NCBI GenBank assembly: GCA_964016885.1
Contig: OZ024742.1
Location: forward strand, 226,424,001 to 226,488,000
DNA from: Eledone cirrhosa
Taxonomy: Eukaryota
Length of the DNA: 64,000 bases
Direction: 5' to 3'
The position numbers were made by a program, and so were the translations under genes. Below the pieces are notes generated by a model. It was not told the origin of the DNA. It saw only the letters and a list, made by a program, of their open reading frames with translations, and ran no database searches. Shown here piece after piece: positions 37,501-49,900 of this stretch (position 1 is its first letter; every line of letters begins with the position of its first letter).

Positions 37501-40500
37501 AGGTGGTGTTACTGCTGTAGTTGGTGGTGGTATTAGTACTGTTACAGTAGGTGGTGTTACTGCAGGAGTTGGTAGTGGTGTTATTACTGTTACAGTTGGT
37601 GGTGTTACTGCTGTAGTTGGTGGTGGTGTTAGTACAGTTACAGTAGGTGGTGTTACTGCAGTAGTTGCTAGTGGTGTTACTACTGTTACAGTAGGTGGTG
37701 TTACTGCTGTAGTTGGTGGTGGTGTTAGTACTGTTACAGTAGGTGGTGTTAATGCTGTAGTTGGTGGTGGTGTTACTGCTGTATTTGGTGTTAGGGTTAG
37801 TACTGTTACAGTATGTGGTGTTACTGCTGTAGTTGGTGGTGGTGTTAGTACTGTTACAGTAGGTGGTGTTACTGCTGTATTTGGTAGTGGTGTTGATACT
37901 GTTACAGTAGGTGGTGTTACTGCTGTAGTTGGTGGTGGTGTTAGTACTGTTACAGTAGGTGGTGTTACTGCTGTAGTTGGTGGTGGTGTTAGTACTGTTA
38001 CAGTAGGTGGTGTTACTGCTGTAGTTGGTGGTGGTGTTAGTACTGTTACCGTAAGTGGTGTTACTGCTGTAGTTGGTGGTGGTGTTAGTACTGTTATAGT
38101 AGGTGGTGTTACTGCTCTAGTTGGTGGTGGTGGTAGTACTGTTACAGTAGGTGGTGTTACTGCTGTAGTTGGTGGTGGTGTTACTACTGTTACAGTAGCT
38201 GGTGTTAAAGCTGTAGTTGTTAGTGGTGTTAATACTGTTACAGTAGGTGGTGTTACTGCTGTAGTTGGTGGTGGTGTTAGTACTGTTACAGTAGCTGGTC
38301 TTACTGCTGTAGTTGGTGGTGGTGTTAGTACTGTTACAGTAGGTGGTGTTACTGTCATAGTTGGTGGTGGTGTTAGTACTGTTACAATAGTTGGTGTTAC
38401 TGCTGTAGTTGGTGGTGGTGTTAGTACTGTTACAGTAGTTGGTGTTACTGCTGTAGTTGGTTGTGTTGTTAGTACTGTTACAGTAGGTGGTGTTACTGTT
38501 GTAGTTGGTGGTGGTGTTAGTACTGTTACAGTAGGTGGTGTTACTGCTGGAGTTGGTAGTGGTGTTACTACTGTTACAGTTGGTGGTGTTACTGCTGTAG
38601 TTGGTGGTGGTGTTAGTACTGTTACAGTAGGTGGTGTTACTGCTGTAGTTGCTAGTGGTGTTACTACTGTTGCAGTAGGTGGTGTTACTGCTGTAGTTGG
38701 TGGTGGTGTTAGTACTGTTGCAGTAGGTTGTGTTACTGCTGTAGTTGGTAGTGGTGTTACTACTTTTACAGTAGGTGGTATTACTGCTGTAGTTGGTGGT
38801 GGTGTTAGTACTGTTACAGTAGGTGGTGTTATTGCTGTAGTTGGTAGTGGTGTTACAACTGTTACAGTAGTTGTTGTTACTGCTGTAGTTGGTGGTGGTG
38901 TTAGTACTGTAACAGTAGGTGGTGTTGCTGCTGTAGTTGGAGGTGGTGATAGTACTGTTACAGTAGTTGGTGTTACTGCTGTAGTTGGTGGTGGTGTTAG
39001 TACTGTTACAGTAGCTGGTGTTACTGCTGTAGTTGGTGGTGGTGTTAGTACTGTTACAGTAGCTGGTGTTACTGCTGTAGTTGGTGGTGGTGTTAGTACT
39101 GTTACAGTAGGTGTTGTTACTGCTGTAGTTGGTGGTGGTGTTAGTACTGTTACAGTAGGTGGTGTTACTGCTGTAGTTGGTGGTGGTGTTAGTACTATTA
39201 CAGTAGGAGGTGTTAATGCTGTAGTTGGTGGTGGTGTTACTACTGTTACAGTAGGTGGTGTTACTGCTGTAGATGGTGTTGGGGTTACTACTGTTACAGT
39301 ATGTGGTGTTACTGCTGTAGTTGGTGGTGGTGTTAGTACTGTTACAGTAGGTGGTGTTACTGCTGTAGGTGGTGTTACTGCTGTAGTTGGTGGTGGTGTT
39401 AGTACTGTTACAGTAGGTGGTGTTACTGCTGTAGTTGGTGGTGGTGTTAGTACTGTTACAGTAGGTGGTATTACTGCTGTAGTTGGAGGGTGTGTTAGTA
39501 CTGTTACAGTAGGTGGTGTTACTGCTCTAGTTGGTGGTGGTGTTAGTAGTGTTACAGTAGGTGTTGTTACTGCTGTAGTTGGTGGTGGTATTAGTACTGT
39601 TACAGTAGGTGGTGTTACTGCTGGAGTTGGTAGTGGTGTTATTACTGTTACAGTTGGTGGTGTTACTGCTGTAGTTGCTAGTGGTGTTACTACTGTTACA
39701 GTAGGTGGTGTTACTGCTGTAGTTGGTGGTGGTGTTAGTACTGTTACAGTAGGTGGTGTTAATGCTGTAGTTGGTGGTGGTGTTACTGCTGTAGTTGGTG
39801 TTGGGGTTAGTACTGTTACAGTAGGTGGTGTTAATTCTGTAGTTGGTAGTGGTGTTAGTACTGTTACAGTAGGTGGTGTTACTGCTGTAGTTGGTAGTGG
39901 TGTTACTACTGTTACAGTAGGTGGTGTTACTGCTGTAGTTGGTGGTGGTGTTAGTTAGTTACAGTAGGTGGTGTTACTGCTGTAGTTGGTGGTGGTGTTA
40001 GTACTGTTAGTGTAGGTGGTGTTACTGCTGTAGTTGGTGGTGGTGTTAGTACTGTTATAGTAGGTGGTGTTAATGCTGTAGTTGGTGGTGGTGTTAGTAC
40101 TGTTACAGTAGGTGGTGTTACTGCTGTAGTTGGTGGTGGGGTTAGTACTGTTACAGCAGGTGGTGTTACTGCTGTAGTTGATGGTGGTGTTAGTACTGTT
40201 ACAGTAGGTGGTGTTACTGCTGTAGTTGGTAGTGGTGTTACTACTGTTACAGTTGGTGGTGTTACTGCTGTAGTTGGTGGTGGTGTTAGTACTGTTACAG
40301 TAGGTGGTGTTACTGATGTAGTTGCTAGTGGTGTTAGTACTGTTACAGTAGGTGATGTTACTGCTGTAGTTGGTGGTGGTGTTAGTACTGTTACAGTAGG
40401 TTGTGTTACTGCTGTAGTTGGTAGTGGTGTTACTACTGTTACAGTAGGTGGTCTTACTGCTGTAGTTGGTGGTGGTGTTAGTACTGTTACAGTAGGTAGT

Positions 40501-41114
40501 GTTACTGCTGTAGTTGGTGGTGGTGTTACTACTGTTACAGTAGTTGGTGTTACTGCCGTAGTTGGTGGTGGTGTTAGTACTCTTACAGTAGGTGGTGTTA
40601 CTGCTGTAGTTGGTAGCGGTGTTGGTACTGTTACAGTAGGTAGTGTTACTGCTGTAGTTGGTGGTGATGTTACTACTGTTACAGTAGTTGGTGTTACTGC
40701 TGTAGTTGGAGCTGGTGTTGGTACTGTTACAGTAGGTGATTTTACTGCTGTAGTTGGTGGTGGTGTTAGTACCGTTACAGTAGGTGGTGTTACTGCTGTT
40801 GTTGGTGGTGGTGTTAGTACTGTTACAGTAGGTGGTGTTACTGTTGTTGTTTGTGGTGGTGTTATTTAGTTACGGTAGGTGGTGTTACAGATGTAGTTAG
40901 TAGTGGTGTTAGTACTGTTACAGTAGTTGGTGTTACTGCTGTAGTTTCTAGTGGTGTTAGTACTGTTACAGTAGTTGGTGTTACTGCTGTAGTTGGTGGT
41001 GGTGTTAGTACTGTTACAGTAGGTGGTGTTACTGCTGTAATTGGTGGTGGTGTTAGTACTGTTACAGTAGGTGGTGTTACTGCTGTAGTTGGTGGTGGTG
41101 TTAGTACTGTTGCA

Positions 41115-43975
41115 GTAGGTGGTGTTACTGCTGTAGTTGGTGGTGGTGTTAGTACTGTTACAGTAGGTGGTGTTACTGCTCTAGTTGGTGGTGGTGTTAG
41201 TACTGTTACAGTAGGTGGTGTTACTGCTGTAGTTGGTAGTGGTGTTACTACTGTTACAGTAGGTGGTGTTACTGCTGTAGTTGGTGGTGGTGTTACTACT
41301 GTTACAGTAGGTGGTGTTACTGCTCTAGTTGGTGGTGGTGTTAGTTAGTTACAGTAGGTGGTGTTACTACTGTTACAGTAGGTGGTGTTACTGCTCTAGT
41401 TGGTGGTGGTGTTAGTTAGTTACAGTAGGTGGTGTTACTGCTGTAGTTGGTGGTGGTGTTAGTACTGTTACAGTAGGTGGTGTTAATGCTGTAGTTGGTG
41501 GTGGTGTTAGTACTGTTACAGTAGGTGGTGTTACTGCTTTAGATGGTGTTGGGGTTAGTACTGTTACAGTAGGTGGTGTTACTGCTGTAGTTGGTGGTGG
41601 TGTTAGGACTATTAAAGTAGGTGGTGTTACTGCTGTATTTGGTAGTGGTGTTTATACTGTTACAGTAGGTGGTGTTACTGCTGTAGGTGGTGTTACTGCT
41701 GTAGTTGGTGGTGGTGTTAGTACTGTTACAGTAGGTGGTGTTACTGCTGTAGTTGGTGGTGGTGTTAGTACTGTTACAGTAGGTGGTGTTACTGCTGTAG
41801 TTGGTGGTGGTGTTAGTACTGTTACAGTAGGTGGTGTTACTGCTGTAGATGGAGGTCGTGTTAGTACTGTTACAGTAGGTGGTGTTACTGCTCTAGTTGG
41901 TGGTGGTGTTAGTACTGTTACAGTAGGTGGTGTTACTGCTGTAGTTGGTGGTGGTGTTATTACTGTTACAGTAGGTGGTGTTACTGCTGGAGTTGGTAGT
42001 GGTGTTACTACTGTTATAGTTGGTGGTGTTAATGCTGTAGTTGGTGGTGGTGCTAGTACTGTTACAGTAGGTGGTGTTACTGCTGTAGTTGCTAGTGGTG
42101 TTACTACTGTTACAGTAGGTGGTGTTACTGCTGTAGTTTGTGGTGGTGTTAGTACTGTTAAAGTAGGTGGTGTTACTGCTGTAATTGGTGGTGGTGTTAG
42201 TACTGTTACAGTAGGTGGTGTTACTGCTGTAGTTGGTGGTGGTGTTAGTATTGTTGCAGTAGGTGGTGTTACTTCTGTAGTTGGTGGTGGTGTTGGTACT
42301 GTTACAGTAGGTGGTGTTACTGCTGTAGTTGGTGGTGGTGTTACTACTGTTACAGTAGCTGGTGTTAAAGCTGTAGTTGTTAGTGGTGTTAATACTGTTA
42401 CAGTAGGTGGTGTTACTGCTGTAGTTGGTGGTGGTGTTAGTACTGTTACAGTAGCTGGTCTTACTGCTGTAGTTGGTGGTGGTGCTAGTACTGTTACAGT
42501 AGGTGGTGTTACTGTCATAGTTGGTGGTGGTGTTAGTACTGTTACAGTAGTTGGTGTTACTGCTGTAGTTGGTGGTGGTGTTAGTACTGTTACAGTAGGT
42601 GGTGTTACTGCTCTAGTTGGTGGTGGTGTTAGTACTGTTACAGTAGGTGGTGTTACTGCTGTAGTTGGTAGTGGTGTTACTACTGTTACAGTAGGTGGTG
42701 TTACTGCTGTAGTTGGTGGTGGTGTTACTACTGTTACAGTAGGTGGTGTTACTGCTCTAGTTGGTGGTGGTGTTAGTTAGTTACAGTAGGTGGTGTTACT
42801 ACTGTTACAGTAGGTGGTGTTACTGCTCTAGTTGGTGGTGGTGTTAGTTAGTTACAGTAGGTGGTGTTACTGCTGTAGTTGGTGGTGGTGTTAGTACTGT
42901 TACAGTAGGTGGTGTTAATGCTGTAGTTGGTGGTGGTGTTAGTACTGTTACAGTAGGTGGTGTTACTGCTTTAGATGGTGTTGGGGTTAGTACTGTTACA
43001 GTAGGTGGTGTTACTGCTGTAGTTGGTGGTGGTGTTAGGACTATTAAAGTAGGTGGTGTTACTGCTGTATTTGGTAGTGGTGTTTATACTGTTACAGTAG
43101 GTGGTGTTACTGCTGTAGGTGGTGTTACTGCTGTAGTTGGTGGTGGTGTTAGTACTGTTACAGTAGGTGGTGTTACTGCTGTAGTTGGTGGTGGTGTTAG
43201 TACTGTTACAGTAGGTGGTGTTACTGCTGTAGTTGGTGGTGGTGTTAGTACTGTTACAGTAGGTGGTGTTACTGCTGTAGTTGGAGGTTGTGTTAGTACT
43301 GTTACAGTAGGTGGTGTTACTGCTCTAGTTGGTGGTGGTGTTAGTACTGTTACAGTAGGTGGTGTTACTGCTGTAGTTGGTGGTGGTGTTAGTACTGTTA
43401 CAGTAGGTGGTGTTACTGCTGGAGTTGGTAGTGGTGTTACTACTGTTACAGTTGGTGGTGTTACTGCTGTAGTTGGTGGTGGTGCTAGTACTGTTACAGT
43501 AGGTGGTGTTACTGCTGTAGTTGCTAGTGGTGTTACTACTGTTACAGTAGGTGGTGTTAGTACTGTTAAAGTAGGTGGTGTTACTGCTGTAATTGGTGGT
43601 GGTGTTAGTACTGTTACAGTAGGTGGTGTTACTGCTGTAGTTGGTGGTGGTGTTAGTATTGTTGCAGTAGGTGGTGTTACTTCTGTAGTTGGTGGTGGTG
43701 TTGGTACTGTTACAGTAGGTGGTGTTACTGCTGTAGTTGGTGGTGGTGTTACTACTGTTACAGTAGCTGGTGTTAAAGCTGTAGTTGTTAGTGGTGTTAA
43801 TACTGTTACAGTAGGTGGTGTTACTGCTGTAGTTGGTGGTGGTGTTAGTACTGTTACAGTAGCTGGTCTTACTGCTGTAGTTGGTGGTGGTGCTAGTACT
43901 GTTACAGTAGGTGGTGTTACTGTCATAGTTGGTGGTGGTGTTAGTACTGTTACAGTAGTTGGTGTTACTGCTGTA
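41115..43975. repeat. Tandem duplication, period 1432 bp; second copy lacks one 24-bp half-monomer
   Basis: GTTAGGACTATTAAAG and GTTTATACT landmarks recur 1432 bp apart. ORFs 41652-42518 and 43084-43926 are offset by 1432 at one end and 1408 at the other. Confidence 0.9.
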
Positions 43976-46900
43976 GTTGGTGGTGGTGTTAGTACTGTTA
44001 CAGTAGGTGGTGTTACTGCTGTAGTTGGTTGTGTTGTTAGTACTGTTACAGTAGGTGGTGTTACTGTTGTAGTTGGTGGTGGTGTTAGTACTGTTACAGT
44101 AGGTGGTGTTACTGCTGGAGTTGGTAGTGGTGTTACTACTGTTACAGTTGGTGGTGTTACTGCTGTAGTTGGTGGTGGTGTTAGTACTGTTACAGTAGGT
44201 GGTGTTATTGCTGTAGTTGGTAGTGGTGTTACAACTGTTACAGTAGTTGTTGTTACTGCTGTAGTTGGTGGTGGTGTTAGTACTGTAACAGTAGGTGGTG
44301 TTGCTGCTGTAGTTGGAGGTGGTGTTAGTACTGTTATAGTAGGTGGTGTTACTGCTGTAGTTGGAGGTGGTGATAGTACTGTTACAGTAGGTGGTGTTAC
44401 TGCTGTAGTTGGAGGTGGTGTTAGTACTGTTATAGTAGGTGGTGTTACTGCTGTAGTTGGTGGTGGTGTTAGTACTGTTAGAGTAGGTGTTGTTACTGCT
44501 GTAGTTGGTGGTGGTGTTAGTACTGTTACAGTAGGAGGTGTTAATGCTGTAGTTGGTGGTGGTGTTACTACTGTTACAGTAGTTGGTGTTACTGCTGTAG
44601 TTGGAGGTGGTGATAGTACTGTTACAGTAGGTGGTGTTACTGCTGTAATTGGTGGTGGTGTTAGTACTGTTACAGTAGGTGTTGTTACTGCTGTAGTTGG
44701 TGGTGGTGTTAGTACTGTTACAGTAGGTGGTGTTACTGCTGTAGTTGGTGGTGGTGTTAGTACTATTACAGTAGGAGGTGTTAATGCTGTAGTTGGTGGT
44801 GGTGTTAGTACTGTTACAGTAGGTGGTGTTACTGCTGTAGATGGTGTTGGGGTTACTACTGTTACAGTATGTGGTGTTACTGCTGTAGTTGGTGGTGGTG
44901 TTAGTACTGTTACAGTAGGTGGTGTTACTGCTGTATTTGGTAGTGGTGTTGATACTGTTACAGTAGGTGGTGTTACTGCTGTAGTTGGTGGTGGTGTTAG
45001 TACTGTTACAGTAGGTGGTATTACTGCTGTAGTTGGAGGTTGTGTTAGTACTGTTACAGTAGGTGGTGTTACTGCTCTAGTTGGTGGTGGTGTTAGTAGT
45101 GTTACAGTAGGTGTTGTTACTGCTGTAGTTGGTGGTGGTATTAGTACTGTTACAGTAGGTGGTGTTACTGCTGGAGTTGGTAGTGGTGTTATTACTGTTA
45201 CAGTTGGTGGTGTTACTGCTGTAGTTGGTGGTGGTGTTAGTACAGTTACAGTAGGTGGTGTTACTGCAGTAGTTGCTAGTGGTGTTACTACTGTTACAGT
45301 AGATGGTGTTACTGCTGTAGTTGGTGGTGGTGTTAGTACTGTTACAGTAGGTGGTGTTAATGCTGTAGTTGGTGGTGGTGTTACTGCTGTAGTTGGTGTT
45401 GGGGTTAGTACTGTTACAGTAGGTGGTGTTACTGCTGTATTTGGTAGTGGTGTTGGTACTGTTACAGTAGGTGGTGTTACTGCTGTAGTTGGTGGTGGTG
45501 TTAGTACTGTTACAGTAGGTGGTGTTACTGCTGTAGTTGGTGGTGGTGTTAGTTAGTTACAGTAGGTGGTGTTACTGCTGTAGTTGTTAGTGGTGTTAGT
45601 TAGTTACAGTAGGTGGTGTTACTTCTGTAGTTGGTAGTGGTGTTAGTACTGTTACAGTAGGTGGTGTTACTGCTGTAGTTGGTAGTGGTGTTACTACTGT
45701 TACAGTAGGTGGTGTTACTGCTGTAGTTGGTGGTGGTGTTAGTTAGTTACAGTAGGTGGTGTTACTGCTGTAGTTGGTGGTGGTGTTAGTACTGTTAGTG
45801 TAGGTGGTGTTACTGCTGTAGTTGGTGGTGGTGTTAGTACTGTTATAGTAGGTGGTGTTAATGCTGTAGTTGGTGGTGGTGTTAGTACTGCTACAGTAGG
45901 TGGTGTTACTGCTGTAGTTGGTGGTGGGGTTAGTACTGTTACAGCAGGTGGTGTTACTGCTGTAGTTGATGGTGGTGTTAGTACTGTTACAGTAGGTGGT
46001 GTTTCTGCTGTAGTTGGTAGTGGTGTTACTACTGTTACAGTTGGTGGTGTTACTGTTGTAGTTGGTGGTGGTGTTAGTACTGTTACAGTAGGTGGTGTTA
46101 CTGCTGTAGTTGCTAGTGGTGTTAGTACTGTTACAGTAGGTGATGTTACTGCTGTAGTTGGTGGTGGTGTTAGTACTGTTACAGTAGGTTGTGTTACTGC
46201 TGTAGTTGGTAGTGGTGTTACTACTGTTACAGTAGGTGGTCTTACTGCTGTAGTTGGTGGTGGTGTTAGTACTGTTACAGTAGGTAGTGTTACTGCTGTA
46301 GTTGGTGGTGGTGTTACTACTGTTACAGTAGTTGGTGTTACTGCCGTAGTTGGTGGTGGTGTTAGTACTCTTACAGTAGGTGGTGTTACTGCTGTAGTTG
46401 GTAGCGGTGTTGGTACTGTTACAGTAGGTAGTGTTACTGCTGTAGTTGGTGGTGATGTTACTACTGTTACAGTAGTTGGTGTTACTGCTGTAGTTGGAGG
46501 TGGTGTTGGTACTGTTACAGTAGGTGATGTTACTGCTGTAGTTGGTGGTGGTGTTAGTACCGTTACAGTAGGTGGTGTTACTGCTGTTGTTGGTGGTGGT
46601 GTTAGTACTGTTACAGTAGGTGGTGTTACTGTTGTTGTTTGTGGTGGTGTTATTTAGTTACGGTAGGTGGTGTTACAGATGTAGTTAGTAGTGGTGTTAG
46701 TACTGTTACAGTAGTTGGTGTTACTGCTGTAGTTTCTAGTGGTGTTAGTACTGTTACAGTAGTTGGTGTTACTGCTGTAGTTGGTGGTGGTGTTAGTACT
46801 GTTACAGTAGGTGGTGTTACTGCTGTAATTGGTGGTGGTGTTAGTACTGTTACAGTAGGTGGTGTTACTGCTGTAGTTGGTGGTGGTGTTAGTACTGTTG

Positions 46901-49900
46901 CAGTAGGTGGTGTTACTGCTGTAGTTGGTGGTGGTGTTACTACTGTTACAGTAGGTGGTGTTACTGCTCTAGTTGGTGGTGGTGTTAGTTAGTTACAGTA
47001 GGTGGTGTTACTGCTCTAGTTGGTGGTGGTGTTAGTTAGTTACAGTAGGTGGTGTTACTGCTGTAGTTGGTGGTGGTGTTAGTACTGTTACAGTAGGTGG
47101 TGTTAATGCTGTAGTTGGTGGTGGTGTTAGTACTGTTACAGTAGGTGCTGTTACTGCTTTAGATGGTGTTGGGGTTAGTACTGTTACAGTAGGTGGTGTT
47201 ACTGCTGTAGTTGGTGGTGGTGTTAGGACTGTTAAAGTAGGTGGTGTTACTGCTGTATTTGGTAGTGGTGTTTATACTGTTACAGTAGGTGGTGTTACTG
47301 CTATAGGTGGTGTTACTGCTGTAGTTGGTGGTGGTGTTAGTACTGTTACAGTAGGTGGTGTTACTGCTGTAGTTGGTGGTGGTGTTAGTACTGTTACAGT
47401 AGGTGGTGTTACTGCTGTAGTTGGTGGTGGTGTTAGTACTGTTACAGTAGGTGGTGTTACTGCTGTAGTTGGAGGTCGTGTTAGTACTATTACAGTAGGT
47501 GGTGTTATTGCTGTAGTTGGTGGTGGTGTTAGTACTGTTACAGTAGGTGGTGTTACTGCTGGAGTTGGTAGTGGTGTTACTACTGTTACAGTTGGTGGTG
47601 TTACTGCTGTAGTTGGTGGTGGTTCTAGTACTGTTACAGTAGGTGGTGTTACTGCTGTAGTTGCTAGTGGTGTTACTACTGTTACAGTAGGTGGTGTTAC
47701 TGCTGTAGTTTGTGGTGGTGTTAGTACTGTTAAAGTAGGTGGTGTTACTGCTGTAATTGGTGGTGGTGTTAGTACTGTTACAGTAGGTGGTGTTACTGCT
47801 GTAGTTGGTGGTGGTGTTAGTACTGTTGCAGTAGGTGGTGTTACTTCTGTAGTTGGTGGTGGTGTTAGTACTGTTACAGTAGGTGGTGTTACTGCTGTAG
47901 TTGGTGGTGGTGTTACTACTGTTACAGTAGGTGGTGTTACTGCTGTAGATGGTGTTGGGGTTACTACTGTTACAGTATGTGGTGTTACTGCTGTAGTTGG
48001 TGGTGGTGTTAGTACTGTTACAGTAGGTGGTGTTACTGCTGTATTTGGTAGTGGTGTTGATACTGTTACAGTAGGTGGTGTTACTGCTGTAGGTGGTGTT
48101 ACTGCTGTAGTTGGTGGTGGTGTTAGTACTGTTACAGTAGGTGGTGTTACTGCTGTAGTTGGTGGTGGTGTTAGTACTGTTACAGTAGGTGGTATTACTG
48201 CTGTAGTTGGAGGTTGTGTTAGTACTGTTACAGTAGGTGGTGTTACTGCTCTAGTTGGTGGTGGTGTTAGTAGTGTTACAGTAGGTGTTGTTACTGCTGT
48301 AGTTGGTGGTGGTATTAGTACTGTTACAGTAGGTGGTGTTACTGCTGGAGTTGGTAGTGGTGTTATTAGTGTTACAGTTGGTGGTGTTACTGCTGTAGTT
48401 GGTGGTGGTGTTAGTACAGTTACAGTAGGTGGTGTTACTGCAGTAGTTGCTAGTGGTGTTACTACTGTTACAGTAGGTGGTGTTACTGCTGTAGTTGGTG
48501 GTGGTGTTAGTACTGTTACAGTAGGTGGTGTTAATGCTGTAGTTGGTGGTGGTGTTACTGCTGTAGTTGGTGTTGGGGTTAGTACTGTTACAGTAGGTGG
48601 TGTTACTGCTGTATTTGGTAGTGGTGTTGGTACTGTTACAGTAGGTGGTGTTACTGCTGTAGTTGGTGGTGGTGTTAGTACTGTTACAGTAGGTGGTGTT
48701 ACTGCTGTAGTTGGTGGTGGTGTTAGTTAGTTACAGTAGGTGGTGTTACTGCTGTAGTTGTTAGTGGTGTTAGTTAGTTACAGTAGGTGGTGTTACTTCT
48801 GTAGTTGGTAGTGGTGTTAGTACTGTTACAGTAGGTGGTGTTACTGCTGTAGTTGGTAGTGGTGTTACTACTGTTACAGTAGGTGGTGTTACTGCTGTAG
48901 TTGGTGGTGGTGTTAGTTAGTTACAGTAGGTGGTGTTACTGCTGTAGTTGGTGGTGGTGTTAGTACTGTTAGTGTAGGTGGTGTTACTGCTGTAGTTGGT
49001 GGTGGTGTTAGTACTGTTATAGTAGGTGGTGTTAATGCTGTAGTTTGTGGTGGTGTTAGTACTGTTACAGCAGGTGGTGTTACTGCTGTAGTTGATGGTG
49101 GTGTTAGTACTGTTACAGTAGGTGGTGTTACTGCTGTAGTTGGTAGTGGTGTTACTACTGTTACAGTTGGTGGTGTTACTGCTGTAGATGGTGGTGGTGT
49201 TAGTACTGTTACAGTAGGTGGTGTTACTGCTGTAGTTGCTAGTGGTGTTAGTACTGTTACAGTAGATGATGTTACTGCTGTAGTTGGTGGTGGTGTTAGT
49301 ACTGTTACAGTAGGTTGTGTTACTGCTGTAGTTGGTAGTGGTGTTACTACTGTTACAGTAGGTGGTCTTACTGCTGTAGTTGGTGGTGGTGTTAGTACTG
49401 TTACAGTAGGTAGTGTTACTGCTGTAGTTAGTGGTGGTGTTACTACTGTTACAGTAGTTGGTGTTACTGCTGTAGTTGGTGGTGGTGTTAGTACTCTTAC
49501 AGTAGGTGGTGTTACTGCTGTAGTTGGTAGTGGTGTTGGTACTGTTACAGTAGGTAGTGTTACTGCTGTAGTTGGTGGTGATGTTACTACTGTTACAGTA
49601 GTTGGTGTTACTGCTGTAGTTGGAGGTGGTGTTGGTACTGTTACAGTAGGTGATGTTACTGCTGTAGTTGGTGGTGGTGTTAGTACCGTTACAGTAGGTG
49701 GTGTTAATGCTGTTGTTGGTGGTGGTATTAGTACTGTTACAGTAGGTGGTGTTACTGTTGTTGTTTGTGGTGGTGATATTTAGTTACGGTAGGTGGTGTT
49801 ACAGATGTAGTTAGTAGTGGTGTTAGTACTGTTACAGTAGTTGGTGTTACTGCTGTAGTTTCTAGTGGTGTTAGTACTGTTACAGTAGTTGGTGTTACTG

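Noticed and set aside
37791-37800. TTAGGG telomere-like word, and general TTAG similarity to TTAGG/TTAGGG
   Set aside because: It is a single chance variant with no tandem canonical telomeric tract.
30045-43926. Minus-strand Pro/Thr-rich ORFs as mucin or adhesin genes
   Set aside because: They begin at point variants inside the repeat and end at chance stops. No signal peptide, anchor or non-repetitive sequence is present. Retained only as a low-interest finding.
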